A stretch of DNA of 63,197 nt, the filler included, from Circinaria calcarea (lineage: Eukaryota), in assembly GCA_051942165.1 (NCBI GenBank). It is 13 parts of 13 records of this genome, joined end to end, with 100 filler letters (N's around TTAATTAATTAA, not from the genome) between each part and the next. Parts side by side here need not be neighbours in the genome. Positions count along the whole stretch, not along the records: positions 34,116 to 38,882 come from JAVECS010002192.1; positions 38,983 to 43,747 come from JAVECS010002193.1; positions 43,848 to 48,612 come from JAVECS010002194.1; positions 48,713 to 53,475 come from JAVECS010002195.1; 9 more parts are not named here. The stretch is one strand, 5' to 3'. The notes under the pieces are model-generated. The model saw only the letters and a list, made by a program, of their open reading frames with translations, ran no database searches and was not told where the DNA came from. This document shows positions 35,823-48,834 of this stretch, in pieces. Every line of letters begins with the position of its first letter. Position 1 is the first letter of the stretch. The position numbers and the translations under genes are program-made.

Positions 35823-38004
35823 TTTGACCAAGGGGGTGGTGTTGTTGTCCAGGTTTAAGTTGTTGTATAACAATGACGGGTATGGCTTGAAAGGTCAAGA
35901 TGCTTGACGACAGAGCATCCCCTATATAGTAGTTCTCGTTAATAGCACTGTAGTACCTAGATATTTCAGTACTTTGACTTGCGTGTCATATTTGAGACGC
36001 CGTGTATTGCAGTTTGGGATAATCAGAATGATATTTCGCTCCTCTCCATGCAGCCCAGTTCTGATTACACCCCCAACACCCTAAAAAGATAGATGATCAG
36101 CAAGCTAGAGCACAGAATCTGCGGCAACTTCTGGATGTGTGTGTTACGAAAATTAGATACTGGAGCTACCGTAATCACATTCGGTACTATCCGGTAGGAT
36201 CCACTCTTAAGCAGAGAATGCAGGCAGTATAACTGGAGACTCCGACCCAAACAATACAAATTCCTACACTTTCGGTATCCAGGATCATGTTTTCGGACTC
36301 CTCTCGACTGAGCGCGGGAAGATAGCTCCATGGTAAGTAACATCCTAGTGGCACACCATGTAATAGATGCAAGAGCTAAAGTTGGATGCATGTTTAGATA
36401 GCATGCTGAAGACTTGAAAGATTATAGCCGACGAAGACGTGGAGGAGGTGCAACTTGCAAGGAGAGAGTCATGGTAGCCACCTTGGCGGTGTCACCGAGG
36501 TCGAATCCTGCCAAGTGGCTTCTTAACGGTACCATCACCACTAGACTAGTATCATCAACCGCTTCCTACCATACTGACTACCTGGGTAGTCAGGTAGCTT
36601 AAGTTGGCATTCTAAGCTTCCAAGAGAACCCACGGCTTGGCTGATTCTTGTGGGCTTCCTTTGGCTCTGTATGTATCGTTGCCTTGTTCGGAGGGCTGTC
36701 CCTAAGTGACGGACTCTCCATGTTGCAGAGTATTTGGGAATGCCTTGGCAAATCCTTCGTAGTCCCGTCCCTTAGTACGGAGTCGGCTGCACGGATCACG
36801 TAAGCCTTATTAAGCCCGAGTGGCCGACCAATTTCGAATCTTCGAGTTAAAACAGCGAAGGATGATGAACACTTGCGCTGCAAACGCTTTGTAACCGTAC
36901 GGAGTAGCCTTGAAAGTTTGGTTGTACGCCATAAACTGTTGCTAGTGCAGTCAAGGCTACAATTAAAGCGGTGTAGTGTCGGCCCGATATCAGCTTAGCG
37001 CCGTTGATACTCTCAACTGTATCCACGACAACTTTAATTGACATGATGCTGATTCAATAGTCCATAGTATCTGATATGAGGTCGGGGGCGTATTGACCTG
37101 GGCTGGGAGTTCCTGAACCCAGCAAGATATGGTAGAGACGTGCTTTCTTTGGGATCTCTTTATTCTAGTACGCTCATCACTCGCAAGCCTTCTGACATCG
37201 GGCACCCCGGACTATATGGAGCGCCGACCACCACGCAGAATTGCGGGTACAAGTCTAGTTGTTCCTGGAGTGGATCCTTTCAGCTCCCATCGGGATCCCT
37301 CATCTTTGCATATGTAGGAGCGATAGTCCGGAACGTTCGACTGATGTGCTTTTACGCAATCCAATCTACTACCTAAAGAACTATCTTCGGACGCATTCCG
37401 TATTCGACTACTTCTAATCATCCTTCTCTCGTATCCGGAGTCTTTCTTACCTCAGTCTCATCGTTCAGTCCTCGAAGGGAGCGGGAAGGATGCTAGCTAG
37501 AGGGAGGGATCCATGTTCCTTTAGGTTAGCCCATTCTTTTCTTCCCAAAGTACCAGCTTTTGTACTGCTGATACAAGGTCGCTTCTCCATTTTACTACCA
37601 TTACATTATCACATTCGCAACCCTACCTTGTTACAGCCTCCCAACTAGTGCTACTGTGCCTATATTCTGACCAATGGGCGGCGTACTTACTAGGGCAGGA
37701 ATTTCCTCTGCTTCCATTCCGTGCGACTAGTGTAAGCAAGGACCAGAGTATGAACCATGGAGTATCAAACTATCTGATTATGGCCTCACACTACAGACGT
37801 TATCATGTCAGATCTTACTTACCTGGTTCACGCTCTTGGGTTGTAGACTAATTCTTGGGCCCCAAAGATGATGCCAGCTCACGAGAGTATAATTGAATAT
37901 ATACACAATATTATCGCCTTCCATCAGTACTTACCATTCATCCCTTTCATTCACCGTTTATATTTGGTACTGAGCGTTCCTGCGTAACGTCGTCTTCAGC
38001 CAAC

Positions 38005-38882
38005 ATGGTCTGCGTATCTACTTTCGGTTGCTTGGTTGCTGTACTGCTCTCAGTCTGCATAGCCATGCCGACTGATGCCGCGCCGGGGAGGAGAACTTCC
38101 AAGAGTCGCAATCCTACGGCTGTGTATTTTCTGGTTAACAATAATACCGCCAACGCTGTTATGGCCATTCCCGTTCAGGAGGATGGAAAGTTAACTGATG
38201 AGGGTGTTACTACAACTTTGACAGGCGGTAGGGGTGGTTCAGTCACTGATATTTTCACTGGACAAACCTCCGTCCAGGATGCTCTCAATACTGCGAACTC
38301 ATTGATTAGGGAGGGTAATGTAAGACACTTACCGAATGCTCTTCCATCCAAAACGGGCTTTGCTGATGAGCTTGGTAACAGTATCTGTTCACCGTCAATG
38401 CCGGTTCCAACACAATCGCCATGCTTGAGGTAGATCCCGGTAACCCAACGCACCTAACTTTGGTTGGTAATCCTGTGAGCTCGCTCGGAGATTTCCCGAG
38501 TACCATTGCGGCTTCGTCCAAGATCAATCAAGGTACGCAGCGAGTCTTGGCATGCAAGATCAGGACTAATTCGAGATTCAGTCTGTACTGCGAACACTGG
38601 AGCACGTGCCGGTGTCTCCTGCTTCCCTTACAGTAGTCGAGGTATTTCTCCTGATGGTGTTCTCCGTCCATACGATCTCAATCAAACCAACCCTCCCGTT
38701 GGCTTTCCAAACACCGTCGGAGGTATGTTGTTCAACGCAGACTCTACAGCTGTCTACACGACCGTCAAGGCTGGCGCCAGAAACACCACCACTGGCTTTT
38801 TCTCGGTTTTCCCAGTCCAGGATGGCAGAGTGTCCACGAGGGAAATTCGAAGCGTTCCGACGGGGTCAAACAGCATGTTTGG
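38005..38882 (+). CDS. Secreted lactonase-like beta-propeller protein (3-carboxymuconate cyclase-like); 3' truncated
   Basis: Signal peptide, AVYFLVNNNTANAVMAIPV, TLTGGRGG, LFTVNAGSNTIAML, DPGNPTHLTLVGNPVSSLGDFP, CTANTGARAGVSCF, LNQTNPPVGFPNTV. Two introns. Confidence 0.82.
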
Positions 38883-38982
38883 NNNNNNNNNNNNNNNNNN
38901 NNNNNNNNNNNNNNNNNNNNNNNNNNTTAATTAATTAANNNNNNNNNNNNNNNNNNNNNNNNNNNNNNNNNNNNNNNNNNNN
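38883..38982. other. Artificial contig linker
   Basis: 44 N + TTAATTAATTAA + 44 N. Confidence 0.99.
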
Positions 38983-39630
38983 TGGAGAGAACCCTTCCGC
39001 TGCCTCCGTCCCCGACCAATCCACAGCAACACACGCCTCGCAAGATTCGCCTTCACAGCAGATATGGATCTGGACCGGAATAGGCTTCCTGGATCATATG
39101 CTGCATGCATTGGCGAAGCATGCAGGCTGGAGTCTGCGGTTGAGGAGTAGTGGGGATTTAGCTAGTATGTAGTATCCCCATTGACCAACCGCTCCGCAAA
39201 CCTACTGACGGCGTTGTTTCCAGTCGATGATCATCACACCACCGAAGACACCTTCCTCGCCCTCGGCGCCGCCTTCTCCACCGCCCTCGGCCCTCGCACC
39301 GGTCTCAAACGCTTCGCCAATGCCACCTGCCCGCTCGACGAAGCCCTCTCCACCGCCGTCATTGACCTCTCCAACCGGCCCTTCTTCGTCGGCAACTTTG
39401 ATTTCCAAGGCCCCATGATTGGGACGCTGAATTCGCAGATGATCCATCACGGGTTGCAGAGCTGGAGTCAGGCGGCGGGGGTGACGTTGCATGTGGATGT
39501 CATTAGGGGCTCGAACGACCATCATAGGGCGGAGAGCGCATTTAAGGCGTTGGCGGTGGCGTGTAGGAAGGCGTGTAAGAGGATGGTAGGAAGGGAGGGG
39601 GAGGTGATCAGTACGAAAGGTGTGCTTTGA
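38983..39630 (+). CDS. HIS3: Imidazoleglycerol-phosphate dehydratase; 5' truncated
   Basis: [25 protein letters not shown] / [45 protein letters not shown]. Confidence 0.96.
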
Positions 39631-40199
39631 GAGTGGGGATCACGGTGCGGGAAAAAGTCACAATCATCATAATACGTTGGATTCATCATGGGAAAGGCAG
39701 TGTGCCGATGGTGATTGGACTCGAACATGTAGTAAACCTTTACTATTCACCTTATTCTGGAGCACTGTATCATCTCGGCAGCTCTCTCCACCATTGCTGT
39801 CGTTAACGCTGCTGATGTCGTACTAGGATCCCTTATCTCCCTTGTTCTACCCGTGAGGCTCTAACAGTCAGATTCCCCACCAGTGGGACCATCCCATAGC
39901 TGCTGAAGGGTCTCGCGGAACTGAGGAGCATCCTTTCAAACTCTCGAGGCCGTTACTGAAGTATTGGATCGATCTTTCGCAACTGGCGCCTAAAATAAAC
40001 GCTAGGAAGATCAGAATGGGCCCAAGAAAATTACATGTCAACTAAGCCAAGTCGTTGCTAGCTTTTAATGAATGCTCCATGCACACAAGGTGCATGACAG
40101 GGTCCACCTCCCATAGTTCTTCTCATATAAGATACTCATGATATCCAGTTGACCAGCTTTGTCCTCTTCGTCGATCTCCAGATGTGGTGGCATGCCATA

Positions 40200-40830
40200 C
40201 GTGAATGGCGGTAGATGTTTACACAAATTTGTGCAGAGAATGTTCATCCTCGACGCTCCAAGCATCTTTGAAGCCGTGGATAAGATAATCAAGGTTGAGT
40301 TGTTCTACGTCCTGCAGATTCTTGTACTACGTTATCTAGGTGGATGCCGCCTATTCCTGGCAGTCTCTGGCATACTGCGTTAAGGCCGTGGCCTTATCGA
40401 GTGGCTCTTCACTCTCTATTTGCTCTCGAGATTTCGCGTTTGCGTATGTGATCCGGTTACCAGGAGAGTACAATGTGTCTCTCCAGGTAAACCGTGATTC
40501 TACCGATTGGACCATGGCTTTACTGGACACGGCTATTCTTTGGAGGAATTGGGTTCTTGGCGACCCTCCTTCCCCGATGACCCATGTATTTCGTCCATGC
40601 AGGAGCTGCGTTGCTTTGGGAAGCAGTTTGTGATTGGAGGGCGAGTAGGATAGGTATGAACGCATGGCTGAGGATATTTAACACATTTGGACTCCGTTAA
40701 ATTACCCTCATGGTCCGGTTTCCGAGGCGGGAATAAGTTCCCTAGCGGAAGAGACGCCACTAGAAGCTCTTCGAGGATTGTGTCTCGTAGCTCCTGCGGC
40801 AATGCCTGGGTCTGGACTTGTAAACGGTGC
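40200..40830 (-). pseudogene. Decayed F-box-like gene, apparently the same family as 14640-15416
   Basis: LPQELRDTILEELLV in one frame; NHKLLPKATQLLHGRNTWVI in a shifted frame, followed by three TAG stops and then KNLQDVEQLNLDYL..FKDAW. Boundaries are approximate. Confidence 0.5.
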
Positions 40831-43413
40831 GAAGTCGATTACATCCGTCTATATCAATGGTAGAGGGCACCGGGGATAGAGTACAAGGCACTTATTGGCA
40901 TCAACTCTGATGGTCCTAAGGATGTCGGTTCTGTTGTATGGAGCCTCTTGTGCTCGAGGAGTAAGATACTGATGTTATTGAAGGTAGGGAAGTCTTGACA
41001 GGTTCGGAGAAAATGTGGAGAGACAAATGCGGTGTTCCATTCGAAAGATCATTTAGAAATGGGCAGGATGAGTGTGCGTGAATTTGAAAATAGCCATTCA
41101 CGTGGCATTTCATTCTAGGTGATCAGTACGAAGGGGGTGTTTTGGGGAATCACTACCATTGTTATGAGGTGAAGGTCGCTTCCTTGTTTTTCTTTGCTAT
41201 CTGCTGGTTCTAATATACAATTCCAGTTCCTCCTTCCTCCCACGGAAGGTCCCAGGTCACCCGGCGACAGGTCCCCCCGGGCTTCTCGAAGGGCGGTGCC
41301 CTCAACGCTCCATCGGTGCAACGGGCTTCTCGCTGAACACTATATCGTTTCCGTGAAAGTTTGGTTCTGTGAATCACCGATTTTCAAAGTCCCTGTTCCG
41401 TCTTTCCACGTCTTTCTCGTTCCAACCACTGATAGCAATTCCTTCCTCGTCTGTCACCTGTTCGCCGGTACCTCCGCTCATCAGGTTTAATAGCTCCTTA
41501 AATATCTCAAGTATCAATTCAGTTGGCAAAGCTTATACGCTTCCCTCGACTGCGATCTCGATGGGTGTACTTTCTAAGGGCTATCTCGGTCAGTAAACTA
41601 TAAACCCTTGTGTCGAATGGCACAAGTATGCTTACCGGAATCCCCCGAGACTTCCGGGAGTTTATCCCGGAGTAGAAGGTTCAAGAGATACCGGAAAAAG
41701 AGAATAAGGTTCAAGGTATACCGGAAAAAGAGGAGAAGTTTTTACGGCCATTCCGAAAAATACCCTGCAGCGAAACAGAGCAGTCCGAACTCTCTAAGAC
41801 AATAATCGGCTATCCGGCACCTGCAGCTTCGCAGCCTCCTGTCCTCCCATCACCTCATCGTCCTCCTGAGGCGGCGGGGGTGTGATGGTTCTTTCCGGAA
41901 TCCGGATTATTAATCACTACCCCCACGAACTTCTTTCTCGCGATCTCGGCGCTTCGATTCGCTTCCACCTCCCAGTGCTTGTCCATGGATCTTGGGGCCT
42001 TTCCCCTTAATTTTCTTCGTCACAGGATTGGGGGATCGTTGCCGGTGCTCGACCTCAGGCGCTTGCGGCGAGGTTCTTTGAAGACGGGGTCTTGATTATA
42101 GGATTTTTCCTCCGCACGGTCCTCTGCCAATGTAATATCTGCTTCAAAACGCGCCTTCGAATGCGGCCTTAGGCACACTTTCCCCAGCGCGGCAAATTGA
42201 CGAAGAGTGGTCCAACGTGTCCTTAATGTTCTCGTATCGTTGAACCTCAACCACGAATTCCGTACCAACTTTCTCCAAGCGTAATGCATGTAAATCGATA
42301 TCTTTCAAATGAAGCCTCTTCTCGATGGATGTGTAGTTAAAGCGAAAATGAAAAAGAGAGGTTAAATGTTCTTCCGCTGGCTTCTTTCTTGGATATACGG
42401 GACCATAGACTGAATCGCTGAGTTTGATACCTCCGTGTAAAGTAAAGCCGTCAAGCCATTCGACTTCAAAGCCGCCCACTTAGCATATCTCACGCCTGTT
42501 GCTCTATCCAATGTGAAATAGAGTAGCGAAAATCTCAAGATTAGATCCTGCTCATTAAATGACAGAGGTTGTCAGTGTATTTAGTAATCCGTGAAACGGT
42601 CAGGACTACCAAGATATTTAAACCACTGATCTGGGTATCTGCCCTGTCCGCTCCACCTTCCGGTTTGTTTACTTCTGTGTCAGTCAGCTCGTCAACGCGA
42701 GTTTGCTCAATGCCAAGATGTTTTCACCACCAGGTTGCAAACGTGAGAACCTCAGATGTAAGTTCCATCATACATGAGGGCCGAAAAAGGTCTCACGTGC
42801 GTAATACCAATAGGGAAGCATGTGAGGGCTAAGGAAGTCCAGGGCCAGCGGACAAGCGGACAGGCAAACCGGGTAAGAAGTGTACATGGTGGTAACTAAT
42901 TTTGCGAAGCTTGTGAATCTGCCAATCAATCAACCGAGCAGGTGCTTGCAATTATTGGATTGTCTTCTTCCCGCTTAGGGCACAACCGTTAATATTTGAA
43001 GGTGTACTGAATTTGGTCGGTCACATCCGTTACACATAGCCCGTTTGCAGACTGTAGACACATCAAGGTAAACCACTTGAAGGTATGTTATATGCAACGC
43101 GGTATGAAGCCTTCGGTAGTTACAAATGGCTTGAAGAGGATACACGATTCACAGCTGTCTGTTTGCAACAGAGCGGCAAAGAGCAAATGGAGATGCGGCC
43201 CACGAGACCGATATTCAGGAATCTAACCAACGTGATGGGTATTCGGTCTATCTAATCAGCGCATAATTTGCCTACAATTGATTTGAGGATTTGTGTGCAG
43301 GAGCTCCTAATCTTGAATGCATCAGGAGATCATGAGTGTACGTCATCTGTACCCGGGCTATGCGTCGTAAATGCCAACTGCCAGTGTCTTACGAAACCGT
43401 GATCTTACCTTAC

Positions 43414-43747
43414 TTACATGTATGATATCAACGCCTGTCGTGCCTCGACTGACAATCGTTCCTGTATGAACCGACCAATCTTTCCAGAATGTCTTGCGTC
43501 TGCACTCTTCAGATATTCTCCAACCCACTTCTTGACATCTGTAATCTCCGGCCACGCATCTCGTACGGGCTTTTTAATGGTCGTGAGCTGAGTAAAACCT
43601 ACCCCGAAGCTCATATCATCCACGTCATGGTCTATGATCACATCGTCGGTTGTGCTTGGAAGAGGTGGGTTCTCTAGCAGTTTTAGTAGGGCTTCGCAAG
43701 TGTACCCCCAACCATTTTTTTTATAAGTATCAGCAAAAGCTCTCGAA
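43414..43747 (-). CDS. CSE1: Exportin-2/Cse1 (CAS) C-terminal fragment; 5' truncated
   Basis: Frame open from the contig edge: SRAFADTYKKNGWGYTCEALLKLLENPPLP..DHDVDDMSFGVGFTQLTTIKKPVRDAWPEITDVKKWVGEYLKSADARHSGKIGRFIQERL. Recognised from memory as the Pezizomycotina Cse1 C-terminus. Confidence 0.8.
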
Positions 43748-43847
43748 NNNNNNNNNNNNNNNNNNNNNNNNNNNNNNNNNNNNNNNNNNNNTTAATTAAT
43801 TAANNNNNNNNNNNNNNNNNNNNNNNNNNNNNNNNNNNNNNNNNNNN
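43748..43847. other. Artificial contig linker
   Basis: 44 N + TTAATTAATTAA + 44 N. Confidence 0.99.
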
Positions 43848-44575
43848 GTGGGGAATGGGACAGGGTGAGGGAACACAGAAGCAGAACTCTGTCTGGGGAA
43901 TAAGGATGCGAGTTTTGTTTTCAGTCCAGTCTTTCAGTTTCAATCTGAGTTCAGACGAGAAGTTCAGCAGATGGTCAAGGAACGTCTAAATAAGGGCTAT
44001 ATAAGACGGAGCATAATATCTCTAAAAACATTAATCAAGAAGCAAGCAAGGACGTATGACCTCAAGTAAGCCATCGAATAAGACGGCAAGGGAGAGAGGA
44101 GGAAAAAAAGAAAGACCCAGCAGAACGACGTAGTAGGCAAGATCAGAATTATCCCAAAACGGGGTAAGAAGCCGATAGAGGGCACGGAAATAGAGACAGA
44201 CATTACTTGTGAGTTATAGGGACTGAGGGGTGTCTGAGGGTAGAAGGAGCGGTGGCAAACTCAAAGAACGGTGAAGAGTTCATCTTTTGCCTCTGGACGG
44301 AACATGAGTGAAGCCGACAGTACAAATGGAAGCTTCCCGTAAACTACGGAGGATTTGATTAGTGGCTTTGGCTTTGGCTTTGGCTTTGGACTGCCGTTCA
44401 CCGATAACCGATAAACACCCCGGAACGTCATCTTCTATCATTAAATAATACTCTGTATTCAGGCGCCAATCTTTTGCACTTTGGACTTTGGACTTTGCCC
44501 AGCCTTCCAACAACCAGAAAGCTATCGATCCGCAATTGTTTTGACAGACAACTCAGCCCCTTACCACGTTAATTC

Positions 44576-47500
44576 ATGTCGGATACAGTTTCAGATGCGG
44601 ATAAGGTGAAGACCCCCGCAAACTGCGCATAAAGCTGGGGCGTCCGCTAACGATGGGCAGATTCGCAATAAGAGACTTGCAAAATTAGGAGCACAGTCTC
44701 TCTCATCACAAGCTCCAACAAGTAGCACCGATGCCAGCAGCACCAACACAAACCCAAATCCACAGTCTGCAATAAGTCCTCCTCCCCCAGTTCCAACGTC
44801 GAGCTCAGAGAATGGAGAGCTTTCAACACCGAAATCACATACATCCACCCCCTCGGGTGCCTCGTCCACACTTCAGAATCCATTTGCACAAATCGGTATC
44901 AAGGCCCCGTCAAATGATGGACCCCGAATCAATATTGTACCAGCAGGAGTCAAGCGGAAGTCTGACCGAGAACCCTCCGTAAATGAAAGACCAAGTCTGA
45001 AAGCAGAAGAGTCCTTGGAACATTGGGAGGACAGGACGTTGAGTGGAATCTTTCGGCTGACATTGGACCCTGATGTCAAATCGGATATTCATGGCCACCA
45101 TCTATACTATGTGCGCGGCGTACGGGAGGATCTGGAAGAGCAGCATGAACCGGTAAGGCTAAGCACAGCTGTGCTTGACCAAGCGATACTTGAGGCCGCT
45201 TCGGTTCTTGGGAAGACTACACCTCTGGATTACTTGCTAGGATGTTGGAAACGGGTGTCGAAACTTTTCAAGACTTTTAAGGCTGGCAAATCAGAAGATC
45301 CAAAATATGCCATTGTCAAGGAGGCAAGGAGACTCTGCATGAGCTACTGTATCTTTGCTATAACTATCCCGGACATGTTTGGGTGAGTCGATCATGTACC
45401 TAACGTAGGGGATCTTTGGGTTAACCGTATCCCTAGTCGTGAAACCCCTACGTCCAATCCACTAACACCCCACCTTTTAATTGCCCAGGAGGATGATCGA
45501 GGGGTTTGCCATGATTTCCTCACACAAGTAGTCTCGCGATTCCCTGAAGACGAGTCGGCCAAGGATGCTTTGGTAGGAGCAATCGAGGATCTGAGTCGTC
45601 AGTTGGCGAAGTTGAGTATGAATGGTGACTACAAGCCGTATATTCTCGTAAGTTTAAGGACGTCTTGGAGTCAGCAACCACAACTAATCGAATCAAGGCC
45701 CTGCGAACTCTTGTAAGGTATCCTGCCCTTGTCAACGCATTTGTTCTGTCCCCCATGTTCCTTCCGCCACAAGTCCCCGCCGCTACAATCGAAGTCGAAA
45801 CTTTACTCGGGCCGTTCTTTCAGATTTCTCCCCTCCAAGGCGACGTTACAACAAACTATTTCTCCAGCCCCAAGACCCGTGATAAGGGATACATTGTGAA
45901 TTCCCAAAATGCCTTACGGATGACACTACGAACACATCAGACGGACCTCCTCGACATTGTGAACCACATCATCAAGACTAGCAAAGTGGCTCGAGAGAAG
46001 ATGCTTGATTGGTTTGCGACATGTGTAAATACAAACCACAAACGGCGCGCCATGCAAGTCGATCAGAAAACGGTGTCTTCTGACGGCTTCATGATTAATG
46101 TGACCGTGTGCCTGGATCAATTGTGTGAACCGTTTATGGATGCTACATTTTCCAAAATCGACCGGATCGATGTCGACTACTTACGGCGAAATCCTAGGGT
46201 GGACATTAAAGATGAAACGAAGCTGAACGCTGACCAAAACGCTTCGGATCAGTTCTACTCTCGTCAGGCTGAAGGCCAAAACAACTTCATTTCCGAGGTA
46301 TTCTTTCTGACCCTGGCTGCCCATCATTACGGGAGCGAAGCTGCGAATGCGACTTTGAGTCATTTGGAGAAAGAGCTGAGGCATTTGGAAAAGCAGATCG
46401 GCGCACTCGAGGCGGATCGCCCCAAATTTGCCAATAATCCAGCGCAGTTGGGCATGTTTGACAAGGCCCTCAAGAAGTACAAGGACCAGGTTGACAAGGG
46501 GCTTGCATATAAATACTCAGTTGAGGGAGTACTTCTGGACGAGCTTACCCAGGCTCGGTCAATGCAATTCATGCGATATGTAATCGTCTGGTTGCTGAAG
46601 CTGGTTGCTCCAGGGCACAATTTCCCACAGAAACCGCTTCAGCTTCCGTTGCCTCAAGAGGAGCCGGAAGTATTCAAATGCTTGCCGGAATATTTTCTAG
46701 AGGATGTTGTTGGGAATTTCAAGTTTATCGTGCGGAATATGCCACAAATCATAACATCTACACAGAGCGAGGAGCTCGTCATGTTATGCATCACGTTTCT
46801 GCGCAGCTCAGAGTACATCAAGAATCCGTATCTAAAGTCCGGTCTGGTTACCATCATGTTCCATGGAATTTGGTCAGTATACGGTCGATCGAAAGGCATA
46901 CTTGGCGATCTCTTATACTCTCTTCCGTTTGCCAATGAGCATTTGTTGCACGCACTGATGAAGTTTTACATCGAGGCCGAGAACACCGGCGGTCATACGC
47001 AATTCTTCGACAAATTTAACATTCGCTACGAGATTTTCCAGATCATCAAATTCATATGGCCCAACTCGATCTATCGTGAACGATTATCTCAAGAAGCAAA
47101 GATCAATCTAGACTTTTTTGTCCGTTTTGTCAATCTGCTACTTAACGATGTCACTTTCGTCTTGGACGAGTCTCTCTCGGCTTTTGTTCAGATCCATGAG
47201 CTTCAGGAGGAGCTCAGAAATTCCTCCAACATGGACACCAATGTGAAGACGGAGAAGGAAGAAGCCCTTGCTGCGGCTCAGGGTAGAGCAAAGTCATTCA
47301 TGCAACTGACAAACGAGACTGTTGCAATGTTGAAGCTGTTCACCAAGGCGCTTGCAGACTCGTTTACCATGCCTGAGATTGTCCAACGGTTGGCAGATAT
47401 GTTGGATTACAACCTCGATGCCATGGTCGGCCCGAAGAGTGGTAACCTTAAAGTTGAAAAGCCCGAAGATTATAGCTTCAGCCCTCGAGTTCTACTCGGA

Positions 47501-48096
47501 GAGATTGTGGACGTCTATCTCAATCTTCGGCATAAAGAAAACTTTGTGGTCGCCGTAGCACGGGATGGCCGATCGTATAAGCCCGTTAATTTTGAAAAGG
47601 CCACCACAATCCTTCGGGCCAAGGAAATGAAATCATCGGAAGATCTAGCTGCATGGATGGCGTTGGGGGAGAAGTTCAAGAAAGCAAAGGAGATTGACGA
47701 TCAGGCGGAAGAGGACCTTGGAGAAATACCGGATGAGTTTTTGGGTATGTTTGCTTTGCCCCATATCAAGAAAACACTGGCAGAGTCTTGCAGATCCCTT
47801 GATGTACACTCTCATGGAAGATCCGGTCATTTTACCTACGTCACGGACAGCCATTGATCGATCGACTATCCGCTCCCATTTGCTCAGCGATCCCAACGAT
47901 CCGTTTAACCGTTCACCGTTGAAGATTGAGGATGTCGTACCTGGTTAGTATCTCCATCCGTCAAGAGGGATAACTGCTAATCTGGATGCGTGTAGATACC
48001 GAACTCAAGGCCCGTATCCAAGCTTTCAAGGCCGAGAAGAAGGGCAAGAAGATTGCGGAAGCGGGGATCATGGATATGGATACGACGCCTGGTTAG
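44576..48096 (+). CDS. UFD2: Ubiquitin conjugation factor E4 (Ufd2 core + U-box)
   Basis: [10 protein letters not shown] / [71 protein letters not shown] / [41 protein letters not shown] (U-box). Five introns; stop at 48094-48096. Confidence 0.97.
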
Positions 48097-48353
48097 TTTG
48101 GTGGCCTTGGTGTTCTGAAACTTGCGTTCACGGCGTCGATGATCCGGGGACACATGCCGAAATTAGAAGGGTTAGCTTGGTCTACCTGCTTTTTTTTTTT
48201 TTTTTGCATTGGGGAAAGAGAGAGTATCCATGGAGAACTTGTCAGACAGACAGAGTCTTGCACATTTCATTCAACCTTGGCCGAGAAGCCCCAAGTTGTA
48301 ACGATCTATGCAAAAATGGATGCCAAAATGGATAGAACAATGGAAAAGATATT

Positions 48354-48398
48354 TCTCTCTCTCTCTCTCTCTCTCACACATACACACACACACACACA
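48354..48398. repeat. Compound microsatellite (CT)n(CA)n
   Basis: Read directly, downstream of UFD2. Confidence 0.9.
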
Positions 48399-48612
48399 AC
48401 CTCGATACTTCTTCTCTTGCTGTTCCGGCCGCCGCACGGGGCCCAATGCCCTACCTACATTTACTGTGACCGGTTCGGGTCCACGGGGGTAGTTAGTTAG
48501 ACCTTGCTATCTTTTTATCCTCCACATACCCCTTTATCCTCATTTCCCATTTCCCATTTCCCGGAATACCCCTTAGAAATACATTACCCCCTAACCTCCC
48601 ACCTTCCCTGCC

Positions 48613-48712
48613 NNNNNNNNNNNNNNNNNNNNNNNNNNNNNNNNNNNNNNNNNNNNTTAATTAATTAANNNNNNNNNNNNNNNNNNNNNNNNNNNNNNNN
48701 NNNNNNNNNNNN
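48613..48712. other. Artificial contig linker
   Basis: 44 N + TTAATTAATTAA + 44 N. Confidence 0.99.
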
Positions 48713-48783
48713 GAGTTGGGCATGAGGAATGAGGAATGGGAACATGGAACTGAAACTGGGCATATACCCTCTCTCAGGCTCTT

Positions 48784-48834
48784 TCCTCCTCCTCCTCCTC
48801 CTCCTCCTCCTCCTCCGCCGCCGCCGCCGCCGCC
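48784..48834. repeat. Compound trinucleotide microsatellite (CCT)n(CCG)n
   Basis: Read directly. Confidence 0.9.

Noticed and set aside
21133..43747. Clustering of nuclear transport and ribosome biogenesis genes (MSN5, NOP6, MPP10, CSE1)
   Set aside because: They are on different contigs joined artificially
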